Source: Octopus sinensis | Taxonomy: Eukaryota | Assembly (NCBI RefSeq): GCF_006345805.1 | Contig: NC_043016.1 | Span: 30,442,001 to 30,506,000 of the forward strand | DNA length: 64,000 bases | Direction: 5' to 3' | Shown here: positions 41,001 through 48,258 of the stretch, in pieces | Layout of the letters: the number at the start of each line of letters is the position of its first letter | Numbering within the stretch: the first letter of the stretch is position 1 | Notes under the pieces: model-generated | Database searches by the model: none | What the model saw: only the letters and a program-made list of their open reading frames with translations | Told to the model about the DNA's origin: nothing | Program-made: the position numbers and the translations under genes

Positions 41001-42426
41001 AACTGGCATGGGTGCCATTTATGCGACCAGCTCAAGAACCCTTCGAGGCAAAAACTCTTTCAGCTGGGAGGGGAATGTTAATAATTCTTCAGTGGTGGGT
41101 GGGTCTTCTTGAGTACATCAAGGCACCAGATATCTCAGTCCTTTGTCATCTTTTTCATAAGACTCAGTGTCCTGAGATTGGCCTTCAGTATTTTATCCTA
41201 TGTCTTCCTGGGTCTCCCTTTTCCACTGGTTCCATCTATTTTAAGTAATTGGCACTTCTTTGTACAGTTGTGTACATCCCTCCTCATTACATGATGAAAC
41301 CAGCACAGTCTTCTCTCTTGCACATTACATCTAATTCCTCTTATGCCTAACTTTTCTTCAATACACTAACACTCTGTTGCACATGTACACCTATATTGCA
41401 CTTCCAGTGGAGCATACTAGCTTCATACGCACATACATTTTATATATACATTTTATAGGAGTGGCTGTGTGGTAAGTAGCTTGCTAACCAACCACATGTT
41501 TCCGGGTTCAGTCCCACTGCATGGCATCTTGGGCAAGTGTCTTCTGTTATAGCCCCGGGCCGACCAATGCCTTGTGAGTGGATTTGGTAGACGGAAACTG
41601 AAAGAAGCCTATCGTATATATGTATAAATATATATAAGTGTGTGTGTATATGTTTGTGTGTCTGTGTTTGTCCCCCTAGCATTGCTTGACAACCGATGCT
41701 GGTGTGTTTACGTCCCTGTCACTTAGCGGTTCAGCAAAAAGAGACCGATAGAATAAGTACTGGGCTTACAAAGAATAAGTCCCGGAGTCGATTTGCTCGA
41801 CTAAAGGCGGTGCTCCAGCATGGCCGCAGTCAAAATGACTGAAACAAGTAAAAGAGTAGAGTATAGAGAGAGAGACATTTTATATATATTTACAGCTGTA
41901 TGTATCAGTCATAATATATACACTTTTGTTAACAGCAATTCTAATTATGTTCTTTGTCTCTTTATATATTTCACTTTATAGATTACTGGGTTACAAGTAT
42001 GAAAGTGGAAGAATTGAAGAACAAGAAAGATTTTTGAAAAGAATGACTGGTATCATGCGGTTATATGCTGCGATAATAGTTTCACCACTGCCTATTGGAA
42101 GTACTAAACCTCACCCTCATGGAATTGAAAACAGCTGGATTTGGATAACAAGGATTCTGAATATGAAACCTCGACCTGACATTACAGCTGCAATGATCTA
42201 TAATATCCTCGAAGTCACTGGTCATTTGCTGTTTCTGTATTACCAGAAGCCATTTCAGAAATTGCTTCATATAATAATAACTGAATTCCTTCCCAAAATC
42301 AATGCTGTTAGTGCTTCTGCTGGATCGGTGTCGAGACTTGAAACGTTTCTTGAGGCTAACATAAAAAATAAAGGCCAAATAGCTACACCATATGGATATT
42401 TAACCAGTTCCTTCTGGCTTAGCTAA
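5027..42426 (+). CDS. GLE1: mRNA export factor / nucleoporin GLE1, multi-exon gene, 5'-partial (10 coding exons, 554 aa visible)
   Basis: Exons 5027-5175, 8051-8111, 15511-15575, 17862-18133, 19275-19378, 22907-22955, 23455-23570, 28781-28993, 30464-30654, 41982-42426 join in one open frame (phases 2,0,2,1,0,1,0,0,2; all GT..AG). The C-terminal half matches the Gle1 domain as I recall it from human GLE1 (SSHESAFAIALV, CPYIVPYY, LLGY, FLKRMTGIMRLYAA, HPHG, WITRILNMKP, GYLTSSFWLS*). The N-terminal half is charged and coiled-coil-like, as in Gle1. Confidence 0.93.
5686..6498 (+). mobile_element. Internally deleted mariner-type element with about 165-bp terminal inverted repeats
   Basis: 5686-5852 is the reverse complement of 6333-6498 (ATCTGATCAGTAAGTATCTGGACTGTTGC...); the interior encodes a mariner HTH remnant KLKKVYGEECVRYVQVYEWLRHFQDG; TA at the right end. 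Confidence 0.85.
8051..8111 (+). CDS. GLE1: GLE1 coding exon: DEEIFKNQKQRSEQHTHHYE
   Basis: Long polypyrimidine tract ending ttttccag, donor gag|gtaggc, 61 nt, phase 2 to 0. Confidence 0.8.
8301..8903. mobile_element. TTAA-type MITE (CCCTTTAGCATT termini) split by a SINE A; other copies at about 16790-16990 and 46844-47941 (the latter split by family D plus minisatellite)
   Basis: Shared internal sequence CACACCTACCCTACAATGTCATTCTAAAA and termini TTAACC(C/T)TTTAGCATT..AAAGG(G)TTAA. Confidence 0.68.
8455..8826 (-). mobile_element. SINE family A copy inserted into a TTAA-type MITE
   Basis: Full-length; the MITE halves continue on both sides (8301-8452 and 8827-8903). Confidence 0.88.
9462..9791 (+). 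mobile_element. tRNA-derived SINE family C, full-length with 12-bp TSD, inserted in an RTE-tail element
   Basis: A box TGGCTTAGTGG (9473), B box GAGTTCGATTCC (9516), core TTGAGCAAGACACTTTATTTCACGTTGCTCCAGTCCACTCAGCTGG; ATGTCTGGATGT at 9450-9461 and 9792-9803. Confidence 0.92.
11745..12760 (-). mobile_element. Composite repeat (purine-rich body plus family D tail), copy 1
   Basis: Colinear, highly similar to 43255-44230 over about 1 kb. Confidence 0.85.
12921..13180 (-). mobile_element. RTE-clade LINE 3' fragment (second subfamily); related pieces at about 10795-11170 (-), 41120-41425 (-) and 20617-20960 (+)
   Basis: Minus strand: LRWFGHVMHMNEDTFMKKC..GRGRPRKTWDEVVRTDLRKL. Confidence 0.78.
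13690..13997 (+). mobile_element. RTE-clade LINE 3' fragment
   Basis: IRCGVQER*LCWYGYV..GRGRPRKTWDRVVKHDLQMLGLT, homologous to the end of the 18262-19075 element. Confidence 0.82.
14057..14181 (+). mobile_element. Penelope-like terminal repeat (subfamily 1) with minimal hammerhead motif, between (TA)n tracts
   Basis: TTTT-CTGACGA-AGATCTCCGCTA-GAAACGTT-AAAC at 14067-14101; homologous to 21712-21897; ends GGATTAAC-TATATA. Confidence 0.65.
14748..15125. mobile_element. TTAA-flanked (piggyBac-like) MITE with an internal direct repeat
   Basis: TTAA-CCCTTT ... AAAGGG-TTAA; TTCTTCATTATTTTCAAAAT(C/T)AATTAAA occurs twice inside. Confidence 0.55.
15511..15575 (+). CDS. GLE1: GLE1 coding exon: NIVQKLQETKRKQQEEAAQKD(R)
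   Basis: Acceptor tatttttcag, donor cag|gtaaaa, 65 nt, phase 0 to 2, coiled-coil-like. Confidence 0.82.
15830..16190 (-). mobile_element. Degenerate AP-endonuclease fragment of a CR1/Jockey-group LINE
   Basis: Minus ORF 15642..16235: SLYCSLNTSNHQQLFDYISSSF..IILRNFNAHESSWL..LHQFVSSPTHIP..TLNTFDLF (GDFNAH and PT/DL motifs eroded). Confidence 0.7.
16335..17535 (-). mobile_element. Two copies (about 16335-16670 and 17225-17535) of a third family C variant
   Basis: Both carry the minus-strand head/core (AAATAAAGTGTCTTGCTCAAGAACACAAC) with a shared distinct 3' part (GGGATTGCACC(T/C)AGAAAGTT..CTGGGCAAG..GTTTATGGAAGAC). Confidence 0.78.
17862..18133 (+). CDS. GLE1: GLE1 coding exon: EQKLEQLREELQKSQLQ...IVKLNV(E)
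   Basis: Acceptor tattttaatag, donor ttg|gtaagt, 272 nt open (ORF track 17872..18141), phase 2 to 1. Confidence 0.87.
18262..19075 (+). mobile_element. RTE-clade LINE 3' fragment
   Basis: KGVNRNSVRCTQCKLWTHKRC (Cys-rich insert), RIRLGWANFRELLPLL..LHGSETWTVT..ILRWMC, GRSRHRKTWNKVVKHDFRTL; frameshifted. Confidence 0.88.
19275..19378 (+). CDS. GLE1: GLE1 coding exon: TANQKGKEEEESLKAQQQVTVSHEKVTNEQVPPT
   Basis: Acceptor tcttatctatttag, donor aca|gtaagt, 104 nt, phase 1 to 0. Confidence 0.83.
19716..20172 (-). mobile_element. SINE family A copy with expanded internal microsatellite
   Basis: Same two conserved halves separated by about 110 nt of (CA)/(TA). Confidence 0.88.
21712..21897 (+). mobile_element. 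Penelope-like terminal repeat (subfamily 1) with minimal hammerhead motif, inside a SINE A at its microsatellite
   Basis: GTTT-CCGACGA-A-GAGC-TCC-GCTC-AAAACGTT-AAAC at 21763-21797; SINE A halves lie at about 21490-21710 and 21935-22065. Confidence 0.65.
22516..22630. repeat. Fold-back hairpin, about 50-bp arms and 16-nt loop (collapsed MITE)
   Basis: 22516-22566 pairs with 22583-22630; one arm plus loop recurs at about 50546-50608. Confidence 0.85.
22907..22955 (+). CDS. GLE1: GLE1 coding exon: EPSVKPQDSEESAKAK(V)
   Basis: Strong acceptor tttttcttttcag, weaker donor aag|gtctga, 49 nt; it supplies the phase 0-to-1 change needed between the flanking exons. Confidence 0.75.
23455..23570 (+). 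CDS. GLE1: GLE1 coding exon: LKFFSQCIDPAILKEYLRLKNKLKEVEETLEPFLKNPQ
   Basis: Acceptor ttttctctttttag, donor cag|gtatgt, 116 nt, phase 1 to 0. Confidence 0.87.
24050..24790 (+). mobile_element. Pyrimidine-rich unclassified body plus Penelope-like terminal repeat (subfamily 2) with eroded hammerhead motif
   Basis: CTGTTAA-AGAGC-GTAG-GCTC-AAAACTTA at 24662-24689; the last 130 nt are homologous to 45125-45260 (-); ends TTTCAAC-TATATA. Confidence 0.5.
26020..26520. repeat. Degenerate 26-28-bp minisatellite split by a SINE B
   Basis: Recurrent GTTAGAGTACAGAAAGTGGGTAAGAT-like unit on both sides of 26090-26311. Confidence 0.6.
26090..26311 (+). mobile_element. SINE family B copy inserted in a degenerate minisatellite; further copies at about 1375-1600 (-), 7135-7345, 13395-13580 (-), 29085-29315, 31500-31705
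   Basis: Same head and body as 33230-33462. Confidence 0.87.
26780..28520 (-). mobile_element. R4/Dong-type non-LTR retrotransposon fragment (pre-RT region to RT motif), interrupted by a SINE A at about 27780-28165
   Basis: Minus-strand broken frames: RWKLRFENQIKW, PDSEATNTFWSDI, KMLQKISNWKAPG-like, WKLLT..ENLLPEEQK, IDFKK, GILQGDSLSPLLFIIALIPL, YMDDLKLY. Confidence 0.8.
28781..28993 (+). CDS. GLE1: GLE1 coding exon: LKEYVFSIRKAANTLINAISPVSG...YAIFFIAKMIV
   Basis: Acceptor tttttctttcag, donor gtt|gtaagt, 213 nt, phase 0 to 0; aligns by eye with the start of the Gle1 C-terminal domain (human DLQKAATIPVSQIS...KLAEKFV). Confidence 0.92.
29888..30150 (+). mobile_element. SINE family C variant (same head/core, different 3' end) inserted at the microsatellite of a SINE A
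   Basis: Head GGCACGTGGCTTAGTGG, shared core, tail ..CCCATGAGCCTGGCTAGGTTTTAAAAGGG; SINE A halves on both sides. Confidence 0.85.
30464..30654 (+). CDS. GLE1: GLE1 coding exon: KKGAEQVSSSHESAFAIALVAVGLW...CPYIVPYYIPQQDGQSTEEYH(K)
   Basis: Acceptor aataacag, donor aa|gttagt, 191 nt, phase 0 to 2; resembles human [25 protein letters not shown]...KKCPYSVPFYP. Confidence 0.93.
31878..32545 (-). mobile_element. R4/Dong-type non-LTR retrotransposon fragment (region upstream of RT)
   Basis: Minus strand: MWKKRLENNMK..RYQKKIDQFEQNRLFETDQRRFY, KKFWSNIWDKPVNHDEDAAWLKKV, WKGPGLDLVQGY, IPDWMTRERTVL. Confidence 0.78.
33230..33462 (+). mobile_element. tRNA-derived SINE family B, full-length with 16-bp TSD
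   Basis: GGCAGCGAGCTGGCAGAAACGTTAGC..GAGTTCAAATTCC..GCCTTTCATCCTTTCGGGGTCGATAAATTAAGTACC..AAAGAAATA; TATATATTTACAGTCT repeated at 33214-33229 and 33463-33478. Confidence 0.92.
33765..33978 (-). mobile_element. Family D: non-autonomous element/3' end with RTE-type (GAT)n tail; other copies at about 6520-6840, 10400-10705, 35510-35980 (+), 38715-38820 (+), 40600-41030, 46885-47200, 49855-50190
   Basis: (CAT)n-CGTTTAACGTCCGCTTTCCATGCTAGCATGGGTTGGACGG..GGATGCCCTTCCTAACGCCAACCACTCC; the same tail ends the RTE ORF fragment at 20617-20960. Confidence 0.85.
34520..34611. repeat. Near-perfect hairpin, 42-bp stem and 8-nt loop
   Basis: ACAGAATATTGG-CG-GTCACAAAATACTACAATACATATATAC / ATTCTTTG / GTATATATGTATTGTAGTATTTTGTGAC-AT-CCAATATTCTGT. 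Confidence 0.9.
37237..37810. mobile_element. Rearranged fold-back element inserted into a SINE A, bounded by an 11-bp duplication
   Basis: Overlapping inverted repeats (37237-37355 vs 37622-37731; 37525-37620 vs 37703-37806); GGATTCTTCCA at 37226-37236 and 37811-37821. Confidence 0.82.
38030..38260 (+). mobile_element. Possible Helitron/Helentron-like non-autonomous 5' end
   Basis: (TA)n-ATAACTGAG..GTGTGTCTGTATGT..AAAACTCAAGAACTACCCAACTGATTTGATC resembles rolling-circle element starts; recall-level similarity only. Confidence 0.3.
39420..39750 (-). mobile_element. SINE family A copy, head-truncated
   Basis: Near-identical subtype to 41456-41858 in opposite orientation. Confidence 0.87.
40765..41030. 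repeat. Degenerate 22-24-bp tandem repeat within a family D element
   Basis: About 11 units like ACATGGACCAGCATAGGTGCTTTT. Confidence 0.65.
41456..41858 (+). mobile_element. tRNA-derived SINE family A, near-consensus copy (about 25 copies or fragments in the window)
   Basis: Head GGAGTGGCTGTGTGGTAAG..GGTTCAGTCCC (A/B-box-like), internal (TA)/(TG) microsatellite, conserved 3' half ending GACTGAAACAAGTAAAAGAG. Confidence 0.9.
41982..42426 (+). CDS. GLE1: GLE1 terminal coding exon: LLGYKYESGRIEEQERFLKRMTGIMRLY...GYLTSSFWLS*
   Basis: Acceptor tcactttatag, phase-2 start completing the K codon, stop TAA at 42424-42426; strongest similarity to the human GLE1 C-terminus. Confidence 0.96.
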
Positions 42427-42571
42427 CATAAATTTAGACAATTTAGACAATTTGTACACATGCCATTCATTTTCACTTCTCTCAAACGTTTTATCTTTTT
42501 TTATAATTTTAGTCTAATTCTAAATACATGAAATCTTTTATTATTTATTTATCATTTTTTTATTTGTTTCA

Positions 42572-42577
42572 AATAAA
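42572..42577 (+). promoter_or_regulatory. Candidate GLE1 polyadenylation signal AATAAA
   Basis: First AATAAA about 145 nt after the stop, followed by a U/GU-rich stretch; AT-rich context makes a chance match possible. Confidence 0.35.
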
Positions 42578-43254
42578 GCGTCTTTGCTTCAGTCGTTATG
42601 AAGCACAGGTTTAATGCTCAAAGGTACTTCGTAAGTTCAGAGTTAACCAGTAACATGATTTCAGAAATGATTTAATTTCAATTTTCAAGTGAAGTCATTC
42701 ATGCATCTAACTGTGATGCTCTTACAACTTGTAAATATATGAATTTAAATTATATATATAAATATACAATGGCGGTGCATCAGCATGGCCGCAGCTCTGA
42801 GCTGAAACTAAAAAAAAAAATACATATAAAAACATATTTCTTATTACATCTGTAATAATGTTCACCTGTCCACTCATTTTTCTCTTTGTTATTATTTTGA
42901 TATTGCTAAGTAAGGTTGCTGGATTTGATAGTTGCTCACTATAAACCCAGGGTTCACCATTTTGTTACATTTATCACCATCACCATCATTTGTTTTACAT
43001 CCACTTTTCCATGCTTGCATACATCAGATGGAATATGTTGAGGTGGATTTTCTATGGCCCATTGCTCTTCTTGTCACCAGCTGTCACCTGTTTCCAGGTA
43101 AGATAATTACTTCCCATAACCAGACAGATTTTCACAGAAGATTGTAAATGAATGACACTGCTTATAAGACAGTGACACTTTTTTACAACTATCATGTGAA
43201 GTCAAGGCAAGGAATCAACACACACACACACACTCATACGACAGGCTGCTTTAC

Positions 43255-44230
43255 ATTTCATCATCATTGTTTGACTTTCACCTTCCATACTGGCATGGGT
43301 GGAGCAGTACCACAAGAGCCAGTCAGGCTGAAGCCTGCACCAGACTTCTGTGACTGTTTTGGCAGGATTTTTACAGCTGGATGCCCTTCCTAACAACAAC
43401 CACTCAGCAGGGTGGACTTGGTGCTTTTTACATGGCACAAGCACAGGCGAGGTCAGTTTAGGCAAGGATTTTACAGCTGGATACCCTTCCAAATGCCAAC
43501 CACTTTACAGTGTGGACTGGGTGCTTTTAAGTAGCACCTGCACTGACAGGGCCACCAAGTACTTACAAGACATAAAAAAATAAATCTTTTAAGAGAGGAG
43601 GAGGAGGCGTTGGAGGAGAGGATGATGAAAAGGTTATAGTGAGACAGATATAGGTGTCTTGCTGTAGAGGAAGTATAAGGTTACCCAGCCAGAGAGAGAA
43701 AGATCAGGAATGAAGACAGAAACAGGTGTGCTACCGCAAAGAAAATACACAGTTGCCCAACCTGAGGAAAGTGCGGGAGAAGGAGAGAGAGTGGGAGACA
43801 GCAGGAAAAAGATGGTGGCAAAGTATTGGGCATACTCACAAGGGATGGGGATCAAAATATAAATGAGATGGTTGAGTAAAGGAAGAGAGAGATATAGATG
43901 GTAGCAAATGCTATAATATAAATGGCAGGATATTGTGAAGGGAGTGTGAGTATGTGGCGAAAGACCTGGGTATATATTGAGTTGGAGGGGCTACTGGATA
44001 GCAATGATACAAAGTAACGGGTGTGAGGACAGGATTGGGGAGTGAGAGCTAGGCATAGTGTATGAAGGTGGAAATATGAGGAAGAGATGTAAATTGGTTT
44101 GTTGGGGTAGGGTGAGGGAAAAGTTTTCTTGTTATGTGTGGGTGGAACATGCAGGTAAGGGGCTAGCAAATGGCAATAATAGAATGAGACAAGGCATGTG
44201 AATAGAACGCACAGGTCAGAGACAAGTGGA
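43255..44230 (-). mobile_element. Composite repeat (purine-rich body plus family D tail), copy 2
   Basis: See copy 1; abuts the RTE RT fragment at 44228. Confidence 0.85.
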
Positions 44231-44718
44231 GAGCAAGGTCATTAGCATATAGCAGTTCCTATGGGCACCCAGTTTTGAATTCCTCTGTTATGGCCTGGAG
44301 GACTATAATGAATAAGAGTGGGCTGAGAACTGAGCCCTGGTGAATCCCTACCTGAACGCTAAATTCATCACTGTATTCATGGCTGACTCTCACCTTACTG
44401 ACAGCACCACTGTACATGATTTGGACAGCTCTAATAAACCACTCGTCTACTAACTTCCTTAGAATCCACTATATAACAGTGGGGAACTCTGTCAAAATTT
44501 TTCTTCAGGTCGACAAAGGCTAAGTACAAAGGCTTGCTTTTGGCCAACTACTTTTCCTGCAGCTGTCTTGCTAAGAAGATGGCACCTGTGGTACTCTTCT
44601 AAGGTACAAAACCAAACTGCATTTCATGTAGCTTAATTCTATTTCCAATGAATTGAGCTATAACCCTTTCAGAAATTTTCATGACTTGGTCTAGTAGTTT
44701 AATACCTTTGTAGTTGTG
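44228..44718 (-). mobile_element. RTE-clade reverse-transcriptase domain fragment
   Basis: Minus strand: NYKGIKLLDQVMKISERV..QFGFVP..AFVDLKKNFDRVP..GIHQGSVLSPLLFIIVL..LLYANDLAL (YADD-type motif). Confidence 0.88.
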
Positions 44719-45119
44719 TATACCAAATCCACTCAAGAATCTTTGGTCAGTTTTGGGCCATTGTAGAAAACACCTGCCTAAAGTGTCAAGCAGTAGCACT
44801 GACCCTGAAATCACGTGATTGGAAAGCAAGCTTCTTACCACATGGCCAATCCCACACCTATTCATATTTCGCAGTTTGTTAATTAATTAAGTTGATATTT
44901 TTCTGAAGACTAACCTACATTTCCATAGAATGAAACGGAAAGCTGCAGGCATGACTGTGGTTAAGAATTTTGTTTTGCTTCACAACCATGCAGTTCTCCG
45001 GTTCAGTCCCACTGAGGGCACCTTGGGCAAGTGTCTTCTACTTGAGATTGACAAAGCCTTGTGAGTGAATTTGATTGATAGAAACTGGAAAAAAACATAT
45101 TACAGTATATGTATATATA

Positions 45120-45530
45120 TATATAGTTGAAATTTACAAAAAAAAAATACAAAAGACAAAGACAAGTGTGTAAACAACAAACAGGCGTATTAGTTTAACA
45201 CTCAGGAAGGTAAGAAAGTCTTTTACGTTTCAAGCCTGTGCTCTTCATCATGAGAAAGAAAATGTAGATTGAGAGAAAACAGTAAGAAAAAACGATAATA
45301 GGAGAAAGAAAGTACAAAAATGAGTTCAGAAAATTCCAAAAGGTTCAAACATCGTAGTGTATAAGAATGATTTCTCATCAATGGAAGAGTCCAGTGTAAT
45401 TCATGTGTTTGTAGAAGTGCAGAAAAAACCAGGTGGAAGTCCGAAGTATAGAAAATCCCTGTCATGTAAGCTGTGGTATTTGTTTGCAGTCTCGTGGGGA
45501 AATATCTTCTTGACAACGAGTGAGAATTAG
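45120..45530 (-). mobile_element. Penelope-like terminal region (subfamily 2) with hammerhead remnant
   Basis: Minus strand: ATGATGA-AGAGC-ACAG-GCTT-GAAACGTA-AAAG at 45251-45220; ends TTTCAAC-TATATA. Confidence 0.55.
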
Positions 45531-46164
45531 CTGTGGGAAGAACATCTTGCCGTAGTAAAACCTGCCCTAACAAATCTCATCTAATTCCTGTAAGGAAAAT
45601 TAAGTGTCAAAACAATGATCATAATCATAAAGTTACTGTACTGAATTTATCACTGCTAGCCAGTCATCATCATCATTTAACGTCCGCTTTCTAAGCTGGC
45701 ATGGGTTGGACAGTTTGATATGAAGTCGGCTGTCTGTTGAGGCATGGTTTCTACAACTGATGCCCTTCCTAATGCCAACCACTTAACAGTGTACTGGGTG
45801 CTTTTTTAAGTGTCAGTGGTACAGGTGCATTTACACAGCACCAGCACAGGTGTTTTTTAAAGTGGTACCAGCACCTGAAAGGACCAACCTGTATGTGGAA
45901 AACAACAATCTTATTTAGCTTGATGTGTGTCTTATCAAGTACAGCAAACGTATCAGTGATTTTTAATTCCCTTATATTGCTGCCACTGGTACACATAGCT
46001 GGATTTATAGGGGTTGTAAGGAGAAAATGGACAGTTCTCCTGGACATCCCTAATAATATTTGATGAGGTGGTGCTTTATACTAGGAGGCCTCATTACTGA
46101 AATTTCGCATGTACAGACATATGAATTTGTTCTCTGGTAGAATGGAATATTCTTTATTCTTTTA

Positions 46165-46373
46165 TTTGTTTCAGTTATTTGACTGCAGCCATGCTGGAGC
46201 ACCGCCTTTAGTCAAGAAAATCGACCCCAGGACTTATTCTTTGTAAGCCTAGTACTTATTCTATCGGTCTCTCTTGCCAAACTACTAAGTAACGGGGACA
46301 TAAACACACCAGCATCAGTTGTCAAGCGATGTTAGGGGGACAAACACAGACGCATAAACATATATACATACGC

Positions 46374-46405
<32 letters not shown>

Positions 46406-46570
46406 GATGGGCTTCTTTCAGTTTCTGTCTACCAAATCCACTCACAAGGCTTTGGTTGCCCCGAGGCTATAGCAGAAGATCTTGCCCAAGGTGCCACGCA
46501 GTGGGACTGAACCCAGAACCATGTGATTGGTAAGCAAGCTACTTACCACACAACCACTCCTGCACCTATT
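46165..46570 (-). mobile_element. SINE family A copy
   Basis: Full-length reverse-complement copy. Confidence 0.88.
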
Positions 46571-47200
46571 AAATGAAATTTCAAAAATTACTTTTATTTT
46601 CATCTTTGAGGTAACTTCAAAACCTCATCTTTAACCATGCAAAAAATAGAGCTTAATCCGCACTTTCAGATTGAAATCGAAGTTGGAGGGTCAGTAATAA
46701 ATGAGCAAGGGATGGGTACTGAGGATTCCAAGCATTGTAGAGACGAATATCTGCTTAAACAATCAAATCTATAAACTAGCTATAAATTAAAGATGTAATT
46801 AAAAGATTTCAATTGTCTTATTGTTTCAGTTTATCAATGCTTATTAGCCCTTTAGCATTTAAACCAACCATATCCAACCAAAATCATCATCATCATCATT
46901 TAGCATCCATTGTCCATGGACGCTAAATGATGATGGGTTGGGCAGTTTGAGTGGGCTGGCATGCTGGAAGGCTATGCCAGGATCCAGTCTGATTTGGCAT
47001 GGTTTTCTATGGCTGGATCCTCTTCCTAATGCCAACTACTCTCAGAATGTAATGGGTGCTTTTACATGCCACCGGCACAGGTGCCATTTGTGTGACACCA
47101 GTATCTGCCACAACTGCAATTTTGCTCGACTTGATGAGTTTTCTTCTCAAGCACAACATAATGCCAAAGGTCTTGGTCATTGCCTCCATAAGGCCCAACA

Positions 47201-47722
47201 CTTGAAAGGAGCTCGGCCACTTTGCCTCCATGAGGCCCAATGCTCAAAAAGGAACTCAGCCATCTCACCTCCATGAGGCGCAGTCAAAAGGAACTCAGTC
47301 ATCTCACCTCCATGAGGCCCAGTCAAAAGGAACTCAGCCATCTCACCTCCATGAGGCCCAGTCAAAAGGAACTCGGCCATCTCACTTCTGTGAGGCCCAA
47401 ACACTCAAGAGGAACTCAGCCACTTTGCCTCCATACAGCCCAGGAGCTCAGTCACTTTGCCTCCAATGTGGCCCAACACTCGAAAGGAACTCAGCCACCT
47501 CACCTCTGTGAGGCCTACTTGAAAGGAACTCAGTCACCTCACCTCCATGATTCCCAACACTTGAAAGGTACTCAGCAACTTTGCCTCCATCAGGCCAAAC
47601 ACTTGAAAGGTACTCAGCAACTTTGCCTCCATCAGGCCCAATGCTTGAAAGGTTCTCAGCCACTTTGCCTCCATCAGGCCCAATGCTTGAAAGGTTCTCA
47701 GCCACTTTGCCTCCGTGAGTCC
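47201..47722. repeat. Minisatellite, about 13 units of 39-42 bp, derived from an RTE 3' segment
   Basis: Unit CTTGAAAGGAACTCAGCCACTTTGCCTCCATGAGGCCCAACA; continuous with the RTE-type sequence GGTCTTGGTCATTGCCTCC..AGGCCCAAC just upstream. Confidence 0.88.
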
Positions 47723-48258
47723 TGACATTCAAGGTTGATTTTGTAAAGAAATATTCTACTCATTTTATGTTCAAAGTGACCAGATCCAGCCTCTCACACC
47801 TACCCTACAATGTCGTTCTAAAACTAAACAATCACATTATCAAAATCTCAAAGCTATGAGATAATGCATGATTTAATTCAAAGCAATGTCAATAAACAAG
47901 CATTACATTTGACAGATTAATCTGAATGCTTAAAAGGTTAAACAACAATGTAGTTTATTTAAGTAGATATTCAAATTTGTAAATAATACAGATTCACAAA
48001 AATACAAGGTTAAAACATAAATATGCTTCGGAAATCTTAATGAGTTAACTAAGTGATGATGTTGAAAAATAACGAGAAATCTATAATAACCTATGTTTAT
48101 GCATTAACTTATATGTTTTGGTCATTTATGGTAGCCAAGTTATTTTTGTACATTTCCCATTGTTGGTTCACACAAACTCTGATATTTGTCTCTAAAACAA
48201 AAGATTGCCTTATTCTTTCAAGTTTTTTTTTTGTTAATGTTAATATGTTTTCAATATA

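Noticed and set aside
41926-41981. TTG start and N-terminal MLTAILIMFF of the 166-aa ORF
   Set aside because: This is intron sequence (polypyrimidine tract) upstream of the acceptor at 41981; the true frame enters by splicing
47177-47732. Regularly spaced repeats and repetitive ORFs that could suggest a CRISPR array or repeat protein
   Set aside because: Units are contiguous with no unique spacers, derive from RTE sequence, there are no cas genes, and the context is eukaryotic
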